Virus record (IMG/VR): IMGVR_UViG_3300043313_000346
Span: 1 to 64,000 of that record
Length of the DNA: 64,000 nucleotides
DNA from: a virus
Reading direction: 5' to 3' (one strand)
Part shown: positions 1 through 8,964 of the stretch, one piece after another
Numbering within the stretch: position 1 is the stretch's first letter
Layout of the letters: each line of letters starts with the position of its first letter
Program-made: the position numbers and the translations under genes
Notes under the pieces: generated by a model
Database searches by the model: none
The model's input: the letters and a program-made list of their open reading frames with translations, nothing else
Told to the model about the DNA's origin: nothing

Positions 1-62
1 TCGAGCGCCGCCGCGCCGGGCCGCAGGGAACTATTTTAATTTTTGGCACCTCCCCCCCGGGC
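1..62 (-). other. Probable cos/packaging-end region
   Basis: The minus strand reads GGGGGGGAGGTGCCAAAAATTAAAATAG followed by GC-rich CCCGGCGCGGCGGCGC, downstream of an HNH gene. This is the usual arrangement in HK97-like cos phages. Confidence 0.5.
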
Positions 63-198
63 GAGGCTTCCACGAGATAGCCCATTGGCTGCAGGAGAGG
101 CGTGGGGAGGCTCCCGCCCCTGCCCCGCCTACTGGAGAGCTTCGAGGAAAACGAACGCATTCCACGGGCTTCCCTGCGAACCACTTGTGCCGCACCTG

Positions 199-211
199 TA
201 AGCCTTTGATA
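199..211 (-). promoter_or_regulatory. IHF-like binding site
   Basis: Minus strand TATCAAAGGCTTA matches WATCAA-N4-TTR. A weaker copy lies at about 249-261. Confidence 0.5.
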
Positions 212-393
212 TTGTTATCGTTTCAGATCAACAGATCCAACCCCCATTCAACCCATTGATCTAATTGCGCTTTTGCCCTCTCTGCTTGCTGCGGGAGAAC
301 ATCCTTCTATGCCCTGATGCATCAGGTTGTATCATGAGCGTTCCTGATCCGTGCTGACGCATCATGACGTATCATGACGTAACACCAATGCAA

Positions 394-600
394 GAAGTGC
401 CTGTGCTGCAGCCACTTCTGCGATCAAAGAAGTGCCTGTGCCACAGGGGTTTCTCGTTTCACGTGAAACAGGGGCCAGCATTGCCCTGCCTCTCATGTGT
501 GAGAAGTGCCTGCAGCACAGGGGTTTCTCACATCACTGCAAGATGTCCCTGTGCTGCAGCACTTTCCTGCACTGTGCGGGGGGCCCTGCTGTGCAGAAAA
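394..600. repeat. Cluster of GAAGTGCCTG(TGC/CAG)..CAGGGG-like direct and inverted repeats
   Basis: Copies at 394-418, 429-455 and 503-529, and an inverted copy at 547-566. Confidence 0.7.
455..470. promoter_or_regulatory. parS-like palindrome (ParB binding site)
   Basis: CGTTTCACGTGAAACA is a 15/16 match to the chromosomal parS consensus TGTTTCACGTGAAACA. Confidence 0.7.
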
Positions 601-1370
601 TGCCAGCGCTTCACGCCGTTGGTCAGGTCCGCAACAGCATGAGCCCGAGCAGGGTCAGCATGCAGTCGCTCAATGCAGACGTCGGCCGGGGTGTCGAGCA
701 CGATGACGTTTTCCCGATCGATGCCGAGCGCGTCGCACCATGCATCGCGTTCGTCCTCTTCAGCGCCACCGATCACCACGAAAGCGCGACCGCGCGCCTT
801 GAGCGCGAGGCTTCGCAGCATGCTGTCGCGATAGGCCATCGCCCGGCGGAAAATCCTGCGATCGGTGTCCCAAGCTCGACCACCGACAGCGACCTTGCAA
901 TCGTCGAGGCTGACCACGCTGTCCTCGCTGCGCTTGCGTGCGTTGACCCATGTCGTTTTGCCCGAAGCTGGTGGGCCGCAGATCAGGAAAACCGGGACGG
1001 CTGACGGTCGAATGTGGTGCGGGATGGAAAAGCCGAAGCGGCGGAAGGCTTCGCGCGGCAGGTTGGCGGGGTGCTTGGGATCGATCGGCCATCCGTCAGG
1101 ACCGAGTGCGCGATCGTAGCCGCGCGCCTCGATGAATTTTTTGCGCACTTCGTGACACTGGCGGCAGACGCTCTGCAGCTTTCCGTTCCAGAATTTTTCG
1201 ACGTCGCCGAAGTGTCGCTCGACATGGTCGACGATGGTTGCCGGCGTGATCTTGCCGCGCGGCTTGCACATCATGCACAGCGGTTCGGCCTGCAATTGCT
1301 GCAGCCGCATCCGCTTCCAGCGTCGATGGCGATACCATTTCGTCCAAGGTGCTACGCTCTCGAAGGTCAT
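528..1370 (-). CDS. HNH endonuclease (terminase-associated, HK97 gp74-like) fused to a P-loop kinase/AAA_33-like domain
   Basis: CMMC..VDH..CRQCH HNH motifs and a DGWPIDPKHP tail, followed by Walker A GPPASGKTT. Confidence 0.85.
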   Translation of the reverse strand: MTFESVAPWTKWYRHRRWKRMRLQQLQAEPLCMMCKPRGKITPATIVDHVERHFGDVEKFWNGKLQSVCRQCHEVRKKFIEARGYDRALGPDGWPIDPKHPANLPREAFRRFGFSIPHHIRPSAVPVFLICGPPASGKTTWVNARKRSEDSVVSLDDCKVAVGGRAWDTDRRIFRRAMAYRDSMLRSLALKARGRAFVVIGGAEEDERDAWCDALGIDRENVIVLDTPADVCIERLHADPARAHAVADLTNGVKRWHFLHSRAPRTVQESAAAQGHLAVM

Positions 1371-1444
1371 GTCAGCACCAGCACGACGGCGATCGCGATC
1401 GTAGCGATAGCGAGCAGCCAGTACATGATGCCGCGATCAGTCAC
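1367..1444 (-). CDS. Small membrane peptide (25 aa)
   Basis: GTG start, hydrophobic stretch YWLLAIATIAIAVVLVL, and stop overlapping the HNH start (ATGA). Confidence 0.45.
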   Translation of the reverse strand: MTDRGIMYWLLAIATIAIAVVLVLT

Positions 1445-1526
1445 CGCGCAGCGGCCGGGCGGCGACAACGATGACGAAGCCGATGAGCATGGCGACGATG
1501 ATCCATGGTGCGAGGTCGGCGATCAT
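1437..1526 (-). CDS. Small membrane peptide (29 aa)
   Basis: MIADLAPWIIVAMLIGFVIVVAARPLRGD is a single transmembrane helix, coupled to the next ORF. Confidence 0.45.
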   Translation of the reverse strand: MIADLAPWIIVAMLIGFVIVVAARPLRGD

Positions 1527-1944
1527 TTTGAGCGTCAACACAAAATGATGGAAATGGTTGGGACGTGCCGGGCGCCAACACCGGGCTGGCAGTTGGTGGG
1601 CCCGAGCACGTCCCTGATCCTGCCGGCTGAACGACGCGAGACAGTTTCCCAACACGTGACGCGGAGACCGTCCGGCAGAAACGCGCTGCGCATCGGGCTC
1701 GCGCCGAATCGGCGAAGACCGTGCGGCGAAAATGCTGCGTTCGTGTTGGGATGGAACGGCTTGTACGCGCGAAGCGAAAGCCACGCAAGAGTTTGTGTGC
1801 CTTCGGGTTTCCGAATTAGCGACAATTGCCGGCAATTAGCGGCTGACGATCGGATCACGTTGTGCCTTGGCCTTCAGTCGAGCATGGCGAGGCAGACGCC
1901 GATCGCCCATCCGATGGCGAACGCGGCGATGCTGACGTCGTCGA

Positions 1945-2430
1945 TCATCGCCGCATCTCGATCGGCTCGATTGAGCCCTTGGGCATGGTGACGCTGACGC
2001 TCTGGCCGAGTAGATCGAGCAGGATGCGCTCGCGTTGTGAGCCGTTCATGCCCTGATAGATCGCGGTCCTGCCGGCGAACATCCCGGTGGTGACGCGCAC
2101 GCTCTGGCCTTCCTGCAGTGTCGCCGCCTTGGGCAGCTTGACGAAGCCGCCGCGCTCTCTGCCCTTGATCTCATCCACGATCGCATCCGCCAATTTTGCC
2201 GGTGTGTCGCCAGCCATCAACAATTTGAGCACGCCGGGGCACCAGCGGATCGGATACCAGCGCACGACCACGCGCACCATCAGATAACCGGGAAACAGCG
2301 GTGCCGCGCGTTTCTCCTCGCGCACCTTGGGCACATAGGTCTCGAAGCCCTCGCGCTTGAGATGCTCGGTGACGAGGTCTTCGCGTTGCGACATGGCAAC
2401 GGCGACGGTCCAGTAGGGTTGCTCGCTCAT
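1945..2430 (-). CDS. NusG/RfaH-like transcription antitermination factor
   Basis: NGN domain (PLFPGYLMVR) plus KOW motif (EGQSVRVTTGMFAG). It sits upstream of the late/packaging genes. Confidence 0.88.
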   Translation of the reverse strand: MSEQPYWTVAVAMSQREDLVTEHLKREGFETYVPKVREEKRAAPLFPGYLMVRVVVRWYPIRWCPGVLKLLMAGDTPAKLADAIVDEIKGRERGGFVKLPKAATLQEGQSVRVTTGMFAGRTAIYQGMNGSQRERILLDLLGQSVSVTMPKGSIEPIEMRR

Positions 2431-2612
2431 CTCGCCTCGCTGGTGGGTGATGGCTTGCACGGTTTCACGGGGCTATGCCTTGGCCCTGTCGCGGCCTGCC
2501 CGAACCATGCCTTGTTGCGCCTTGCACGCTCGCCCGTTGCCATCTCGGATGCGGGGAAAAGCCCGCGACAGGTATCTCGTCTCTCGACGTCGCTGGTGAT
2601 CTCGCTGCCCTT

Positions 2613-2855
2613 CCGCGAAACGGTTGTGCCGCGAGACGTATGGACTCTTTGCTTCCTTCGGCTGATCGCTTGGCGGTTGTGGGGCGAGCGCCGCGAATGC
2701 TTGCGTCGCCCTATAGGGCCAAAATGTGTATTGCCTTCCGCGAATGCGGAAAGGCTTTCGCGGGCCTTCCGCGAAACATTTTGGGCTATAGGCGACGATG
2801 TTTCGCGGACCGCGAAACCGCGAAAGACCGCGAAAGCAAAAACAGGGTTTCGCGG
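2613..2855. repeat. Iteron-like CCGCGAA(A/T) cluster, candidate replication origin
   Basis: About 10 copies in both orientations (2613, 2691, 2738, 2756, 2769, 2801, 2810, 2818, 2828, 2848) in a non-coding gap downstream of the replication genes. Confidence 0.6.
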
Positions 2856-2910
2856 AAGGGGGTTTTGCGGCCCGGAAATCCGCTCCATTTTCGGCGCTGC
2901 ACAACAGCCG

Positions 2911-3540
2911 CTAAACATGATGTTCGACTCCAGCGTGTGGGGTGATGGCGCCGATCTCGATCAGGAAAGCGTGCCGCTGCCGCTCGCTCGCGCGGCCCCA
3001 CGACGACACGATCCAGCGCGACAGGCTGTCGATCTTTGATAGCTCGCTGACATGCAGATGCTTGGTGCCGGGATCGAGCCGCTTGCCGTCGTCGGCGGTC
3101 GCGACATGGTGCCGGCGGATGAAGTCCGGCTTGGTGATCCAGCCGCCGATCTCGAACAGGTCACCGCCGAGATAGCGCACCATCACGAACACGTCGGCCC
3201 GGCACTGGTGCAGCCATTCGTTCTTGGTGATGGGCCACATCAGGAACTGCGTGCGCGTGCTCTTCACGTCGACCAGCACGCCGAGTTGCTCGACGTCCCA
3301 GCCCGGATCGAGCCGCTTCGACCAGTCGAGCTTGCGTTCAGGATCGAGCCCGAAGTGCAGGCAATAGGCGCATTCGCCGCCCTTGCCGAAAAACTGATGC
3401 GGCACGCTCTTGTCGATGCCGGGCCGCGCATAGATGCGCGAGGCTTCCTTCTCGCGCTTGTCGTAGCCGTCGACCGATTGCTCGCCGAACGCAAGCGATC
3501 GCTCCATCCATTTACGCGGCAGTTTTATAAGCGGCTTCAT
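2911..3540 (-). CDS. Hypothetical protein, possible PD-(D/E)XK nuclease
   Basis: PGWD...VDVKS motif; overlaps the methyltransferase stop. Confidence 0.55.
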   Translation of the reverse strand: MKPLIKLPRKWMERSLAFGEQSVDGYDKREKEASRIYARPGIDKSVPHQFFGKGGECAYCLHFGLDPERKLDWSKRLDPGWDVEQLGVLVDVKSTRTQFLMWPITKNEWLHQCRADVFVMVRYLGGDLFEIGGWITKPDFIRRHHVATADDGKRLDPGTKHLHVSELSKIDSLSRWIVSSWGRASERQRHAFLIEIGAITPHAGVEHHV

Positions 3541-4609
3541 GGCCCAACACGCTCCACCCTTCGATCTCACCACGCGCAAAAATCTCAACCCGGTTGTCGG
3601 CTGTGAAATCCGGGTACATGCGTTCGATCGCCTGCCTGATCTCTGGCGGCTTGGCGCTGTGCTTGCCGCGCCGATAGCGAAACACCGAAGACAAAAGCTC
3701 GATCGGCTTCGGCGGCGCGCCGCGCGATCCGTAGAGCAGCACTTCGTGTTGATTGCGGAAGATCAGGCCGAGCCCGATCACTTCCTTGTCCCAAACCGCA
3801 TGCGTCTTGTATTCGAAGCCGAGCCCTTCCATCACGGCGAGTGCGCGCTTGAGGTTCGACGACGTACACCACATGAACATCGCGCAGTCGTCCTGCGCGA
3901 GTTGCTCGATGGTCTGCCCGAAAAATTCGATGTCGATGATCTCTTCGTCGGTCATGACCGGGTAGTGATCGTCCGGCATGCGGTGCGTCATGTCGGGCGT
4001 GTGCGTCTCGAACGTCCAAGGCGGATCGAGATAGATCAGCGCGAACGGCCCGAGCTTCGCCGGCGCCGCGAGCTTGGCCTTCGCTGCCTGCCTGACGATG
4101 CGCTTGTGCTTGTCCTTGCGCTTTTCTTGATGCCAGAACGGGCGCGCGGCGGTGATCAGTTCGTTGTAGGTGACGAAGTCTTCAGTGCCGCGATAGTGCG
4201 CCAGCGTCGATTCCAGCTTCGGCGGCGGCAGCGCGCCGACGCGCTGGACGGCAACCGCCGTCTGTTTGGTCAGCCCGAGCTTCCCTAAAACTGATGTAAA
4301 TCCACTTGACGCCAGTTTCCCCTTGCCGGGATGTTTGGCCCGCTCGATCTTCGCCAGCATCCGGCCGAGCTTCCAGCGTGCCCTGATCTTTCCTTCGTTC
4401 GCCTCGCGCACCTGTTCAGACTTGAACAGCCCGGTGCTGCGCATCATGTGCTCGATCGATTCCAGCTTGCGTTCGATGTCGAGAACCTCTTCCGGATCGG
4501 TAGCTTTCTCCAGCGCGCGCAGCCCGGCGCTGATCATGCGCAGCACCGCCGCCGGATTCTCCGTCTTCTTCCTGACCGCATTTCCCGCCACAGTTTTTCT
4601 CCCTTTCAT
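3512..4609 (-). CDS. MT-A70 family DNA adenine methyltransferase
   Basis: DPPW catalytic motif, FRNQHE, HSAKP and EIFAR motifs. Confidence 0.9.
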   Translation of the reverse strand: MKGRKTVAGNAVRKKTENPAAVLRMISAGLRALEKATDPEEVLDIERKLESIEHMMRSTGLFKSEQVREANEGKIRARWKLGRMLAKIERAKHPGKGKLASSGFTSVLGKLGLTKQTAVAVQRVGALPPPKLESTLAHYRGTEDFVTYNELITAARPFWHQEKRKDKHKRIVRQAAKAKLAAPAKLGPFALIYLDPPWTFETHTPDMTHRMPDDHYPVMTDEEIIDIEFFGQTIEQLAQDDCAMFMWCTSSNLKRALAVMEGLGFEYKTHAVWDKEVIGLGLIFRNQHEVLLYGSRGAPPKPIELLSSVFRYRRGKHSAKPPEIRQAIERMYPDFTADNRVEIFARGEIEGWSVLGHEAAYKTAA

Positions 4610-6780
4610 GCCTCATCGATCGTTGTGCCGGGCAGCTTGCTCATGTTGACGCGCAGCCCCTTGCGCGACTTGCCCTTGCTGGTCGACGTCGTGACATCGA
4701 CTTCCTTCAGCACGCCGTTCTTGACCCACACGTTGAGCAGCTTCTGCGCTTCCTTGTCGGCGCACTCGACGTGCTCCTGCACCACGGTGCCGGCCCATCG
4801 CGTGGTCTTGCCGCGTCGCGTCAGCGTGTAGAGATCAGGCGTCGGATCGATCCGCGCGCCGTCGTCGGTGGCGAGACGCGGCTTGTTCTCGACGATCACG
4901 CCCTTGTCGATCGCGAGCAGGATCGTGCGCGCGAGCCCGGCGTCGATCTTGTCGAACACGTTCTTCGGCTTGAACACTTCGAGCACGCCAAGCTCGTCGG
5001 CCGGCTCGTCGTCGCCGCCCTTGTTCGGCAGCGTGAACGTGCGCTTGAAAAACCAGCGCGCCTTGAACGTCACCAAGCTCAGGTTGGCCTTGGCATCGTC
5101 GAAGCGCAGATATTCGTGGCGCCGATCCGGATCGATCTCGAACGCCTGCGCCTCGATCTCGGTCATGGTGAACAAGGTCGAGACCACGCGCGCGACACCG
5201 AGCAGCGCGCCGGCCCCACGCGAGACATCCATGTCGCCGGGCGCGTTGGCATATTTGCGCGTGTGATGCACCAGCCAGACCGCGCAGTTGGTGCGGCGCG
5301 CGATCTCGCGCCACAGCACCGCGCACCATTTCAATTCGCTGTTGCTCGACTCATCGCCCTCGAAGGTCTCAGCAAACGGATCGACGATCAGCACATCGAT
5401 CTTGTCGGCCTCGATGCGCGCGATGATGTTCTCGATCATCGGCGTGCGGACCACGGTTTTCGTGCGGCTGTTGGCGCGCGCGATCACGATGTCTTCCGGT
5501 CTGTCGGCGAGCGCGAGCCGATCGTGCAGCACCGCCTCGTCGCAGTTCATGATCTTGGCCGCCGCATAGAGCCGCCGGCGCATCTCGTCGCCGTCGTCCT
5601 CCGAGTTGATCACCAGCACCTTGAGCGGGCCGCGCGGATGCCAGCCGGCCCACGGCACCGCCGTCGTCATCATCAGCGCCATCTGCAGGGTGAGCAGCGA
5701 CTTGCCCGAGCCCGGTGGCGCCACCATCACCGAGACGTGGCGGCGCAATAACAGCCCCGGCACGACCCACGGCCGGCGCGGAATCTCTTCAGGCCGAATC
5801 GGGAACGGATAGACAACCGGCACCGGCACGATCGGCGCCGGCTTGGCCTCATCGCCCGGCGGCTGCCAGTCCTGTGCAAACGTTGACCCATCTTCGTGCT
5901 GGTCGTGGCCGTTGGTCGCCGGCATCTCTTCGATCGGCAGGCTGTCGAGCGCCTCGCGCGTGCCGCCGCGTTCGATGTACTCGCTCAAATCCTTCGCCGG
6001 CAGCTTGAGCAGCGCGACGCTCGCCGCGATCGGCTTCAGCCGCTTGGCGATGACGCGCGCAAGCTCGCCGCCCTTCATCGGATCGTCGTCCTGATCCGGC
6101 ACCAGCACGACGTTGGCGCCACGGAAAAAATCGTCGTAGGTGCCGCGCTCCCAAAAACCCTTGCCGGCGGTGCCCATCGCGGTGGTGGTCGTCACCAGCC
6201 CGAGCGCCGCGCCGTTGTCGGCATCCTTCTCGCCTTCGACCCAGTAGACCGGATGACCGTGTGCAATGCCCTCGATCAGATCGGGCAAGCGATACGGCAC
6301 CATCCGCACGCCCTGCAGGTTCTCGATCCATTGATCGGGATGCACCGGGTCCGGCCGGCGCTGCGAGAAGCTCTTCGGATCGGCATAGCGGCAGACCTGA
6401 TAGTTCACCGCGTCGTGCTCGTCGGTGTAGTCGTAGGCGCACGAGAACTTGCCGCGCGGCTTTGACTTGCCCTTGTGCGTCTTCGGCGCGTCATCCTTCG
6501 GCGGCGGCTCGCCGGTGATGATCTCGACCGCCTGCACGAAGCTGACGCCGTCGAGCGCCATCACAAGGCTGATCGCGCCGTGCCCCTTGGTGCCGCAGCC
6601 GCGACAGTTGAACACCTGCTTTTCCAGATCGACCGCGAAGCGATCCTCGCCACCGCATTTCGGACACGGGCCGGCGCGCTTGTTGCCGCGTCCCATCAGC
6701 TTGATCTGGCGGCTGCTAAGTATCGCGTTGACGTGAGCATCCCGCGCACGATCGACCCAATGGCGGAACGCGGGCGTCAT
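4606..6780 (-). CDS. Primase-helicase (CHC2 zinc finger + TOPRIM + RepA-like AAA_25 helicase)
   Basis: CPKCGG..FNCRGC zinc finger, VEGEKD and PDQD TOPRIM motifs, Walker A APPGSGKS, LIVDP and VHHTRK. Confidence 0.9.
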   Translation of the reverse strand: MTPAFRHWVDRARDAHVNAILSSRQIKLMGRGNKRAGPCPKCGGEDRFAVDLEKQVFNCRGCGTKGHGAISLVMALDGVSFVQAVEIITGEPPPKDDAPKTHKGKSKPRGKFSCAYDYTDEHDAVNYQVCRYADPKSFSQRRPDPVHPDQWIENLQGVRMVPYRLPDLIEGIAHGHPVYWVEGEKDADNGAALGLVTTTTAMGTAGKGFWERGTYDDFFRGANVVLVPDQDDDPMKGGELARVIAKRLKPIAASVALLKLPAKDLSEYIERGGTREALDSLPIEEMPATNGHDQHEDGSTFAQDWQPPGDEAKPAPIVPVPVVYPFPIRPEEIPRRPWVVPGLLLRRHVSVMVAPPGSGKSLLTLQMALMMTTAVPWAGWHPRGPLKVLVINSEDDGDEMRRRLYAAAKIMNCDEAVLHDRLALADRPEDIVIARANSRTKTVVRTPMIENIIARIEADKIDVLIVDPFAETFEGDESSNSELKWCAVLWREIARRTNCAVWLVHHTRKYANAPGDMDVSRGAGALLGVARVVSTLFTMTEIEAQAFEIDPDRRHEYLRFDDAKANLSLVTFKARWFFKRTFTLPNKGGDDEPADELGVLEVFKPKNVFDKIDAGLARTILLAIDKGVIVENKPRLATDDGARIDPTPDLYTLTRRGKTTRWAGTVVQEHVECADKEAQKLLNVWVKNGVLKEVDVTTSTSKGKSRKGLRVNMSKLPGTTIDEA

Positions 6781-6784
6781 GGCT

Positions 6785-7372
6785 TTAGCCCTGCTGCTTT
6801 GCTTGGCGCGCCGCCGCGACTTCCTCCCATGAGCCGAACAGCGGCGTGGTTGCCAGCGCCGAAGCCGGGTTGATCAGCCCGGCGGTGTAGCTCCACAGCG
6901 CGAGCGCGTCGGCGGCGTTGTCGTCGCTCGCGGTCCAACCCAGCATCTTGCAGCGCTCGTAGACCGCGCGCTTGGCCGCCTCGCGCTTGAGCGTGCGTTC
7001 CTGAATGAAGTGCTGGCGCACGTCGAGCACGCTGGCCGAGATCACTTCCGGAATCTGCGCATGCCGCGCCAGCCCGCGCACGATGCCGTGGAAGCCGGCG
7101 AGCTTGTGCTGCACGCCGGTGTTGGTGGTGCCAAGCCGCGCGGTCGGCGGCAGCAATTCCTCGATCGCGAGGATGTCGGGGTTGGGCTCGCGTTCGAGCG
7201 TGTCGGAAAACCATTCGAGGCAGGCGCCGAACAGCGTGTCACTGGTCGAGCCCACCGGCGCGAAGCGAACCGAGTGTGCCTTCGGCCTTTCGTTGGCGCG
7301 GCCGATCGCAAACCCGGTGACGGTGGCAATGTCGAGTGCCCAGATCAGCGGCTTGCGATCGGCTGCTGTCAT
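6785..7372 (-). CDS. RuvC-like Holliday junction resolvase
   Basis: ALDIATVTGFA, IEE and DDNAADALA acidic RuvC motifs. Confidence 0.8.
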   Translation of the reverse strand: MTAADRKPLIWALDIATVTGFAIGRANERPKAHSVRFAPVGSTSDTLFGACLEWFSDTLEREPNPDILAIEELLPPTARLGTTNTGVQHKLAGFHGIVRGLARHAQIPEVISASVLDVRQHFIQERTLKREAAKRAVYERCKMLGWTASDDNAADALALWSYTAGLINPASALATTPLFGSWEEVAAARQAKQQG

Positions 7373-7653
7373 GCGCGCCGCCTCAAGCTGATGCGGTCGG
7401 ACGCGCGATCGATGCGGATGGCGAAGCCGTTGGGGGAAAGCTCGGCGTTGATCGAACCGATATAGCTTTTCAGCCGGTCGATCGTGGCGCCGTTGCGGTT
7501 CTCATATACCGCCCGAAACAGGTCCGGCGTGGTGATCCCGCCCGGGCCGGCGCGCTCGATCGCATCGATGATGCGGATCGCGAGGGGGCCGAACGTCGCA
7601 CCGTAGCGCAACGGCTTGATCGGTTTGTCGCAGTGCGGACAGCGCTGCAGCAT
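7369..7653 (-). CDS. Small winged-helix-like protein with N-terminal CxxC
   Basis: CPHC followed by a helical segment resembling OmpR-type winged helices; coupled to the resolvase start. Confidence 0.5.
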   Translation of the reverse strand: MLQRCPHCDKPIKPLRYGATFGPLAIRIIDAIERAGPGGITTPDLFRAVYENRNGATIDRLKSYIGSINAELSPNGFAIRIDRASDRISLRRRA

Positions 7654-7859
7654 CGGGTGTTTCCCCGGGCCCGGTTCAGGGTTACCCGCAAACGGCTTTT
7701 GTCGTGAGAGCATCGCGCAGAGAAAGTGCTGAGAGCGGAAAGCTCTAGCGGCATAGCGGCGTCGCGGTCGTTGAAGAGGCTCGACCATGCGCCGCTGAGC
7801 GCGACGCGCAAGCAAAAATTTTTGCGATGAGATTCTTGCAAGGCGCTCCGTCACTTACC

Positions 7860-8139
7860 CGGTGACAACCAAACGGCGCGATCGTGACGTCGGGTTGACG
7901 ATCGAAACCGATCGTGGTGACATCTCCTGAACGGCCAATAAGCATCTCTAAATGCTACGAAATACGGAACAAAGTTTGCGTCATAGTGCGTCACAGTGTA
8001 TCACAGCGTAAAATAGCGGATCATTTTTCGACGGGGTTGGGGAACGAAACCGAGGCACGGCACGTCAACACCAGTTAGGGTGACACAACATGACAAGCCA
8101 CGATCAAGTGGAGATTCACCGCAGCGACGAGGGGCAATT
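7860..8139. promoter_or_regulatory. Divergent control region with operator-like boxes
   Basis: AT-rich gap between divergent gene blocks, with tandem TCA(T/C)AGTG units at 7979-8010 and GGTGACA-CAA-CATGACA at 8079-8095. Confidence 0.55.
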
Positions 8140-8964
8140 ATGACCCCGATCGCGTTCCGACTATTCCGCCGGGTGATGAGCGGCGCCAAGATGTCCACCG
8201 ACGAACGCACGTTCGCGATGAAGCGCTTGATCGACGTGCGCTACTTCGAGGCCACCGAGGTCGCGCCGCTGATCTTCGATCTGACCAAGCGCCTCACTGA
8301 CCAGTGGTCGCGTGACCGCAGCATGCCGAAGCTCCAAGCGTTCTTGCCAGCACCGCGAACATGGATCGAATACGTGGTGCCGGATGATCCGCACTTCGCC
8401 AAGGGACGCCAGCAAAAAGCGGATCGCGGCGCTTTCCTGTTCGAGACTCATGACGACGGCCACGTGAGCGTCACCGGCATGCTGAAGTGGCCGGACGGAA
8501 GGGTGCAGTCTTCAGCCGGCTTTGCTGAGCCGAACCATCCGCGTGCTTTCTTCCCGTTGAGCAGCGAGGATTTTGTGCCCGAGACGCCTGTCGCGCAGAC
8601 GTTCGAGCGCCAGCATCACATCTATTTCGAGATGCACGCGATGCTCGCCGTCATCAATTCACCGCGCGTGATCGAACAGGAGAGCCGTGAGCCGCATCGC
8701 GGGCTCGTGCGCGAGATGCGCAACGCCAACATGCCGCACAAGTTCACGCCGTGGTCGGTCATCAAGTACAGCGTCACGCGTGCGGCGATCGATGCCGCAG
8801 GCGAGACCGGCGAGCACGGCGGCGAGCGCTGCCTGCATTTCGTGCGCGCTCACACCCGCTGGCTGACTCAGCAAGGACGCATCACCTTGGTCACGGCGCA
8901 CAAGCGCGGCAACCGCGAACGCGGCGATAAGACCATCGGTTCAACATACACGGTGAGCCCATGA
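8140..8964 (+). CDS. Hypothetical protein (related to 38941..40047)
   Basis: GAGGGG RBS; C-terminal HFVRAH motif; coupled to the YqaJ gene. Confidence 0.7.
   Translation: MTPIAFRLFRRVMSGAKMSTDERTFAMKRLIDVRYFEATEVAPLIFDLTKRLTDQWSRDRSMPKLQAFLPAPRTWIEYVVPDDPHFAKGRQQKADRGAFLFETHDDGHVSVTGMLKWPDGRVQSSAGFAEPNHPRAFFPLSSEDFVPETPVAQTFERQHHIYFEMHAMLAVINSPRVIEQESREPHRGLVREMRNANMPHKFTPWSVIKYSVTRAAIDAAGETGEHGGERCLHFVRAHTRWLTQQGRITLVTAHKRGNRERGDKTIGSTYTVSP

Noticed and set aside
2427-2918. ORFs across the CCGCGAA cluster
   Set aside because: Translations are low-complexity in several frames with no RBS; more likely non-coding repeats.
7745-7945. 66-aa minus-strand ORF as a Cro-like gene
   Set aside because: It has no HTH pattern or clear RBS, so it cannot be supported.
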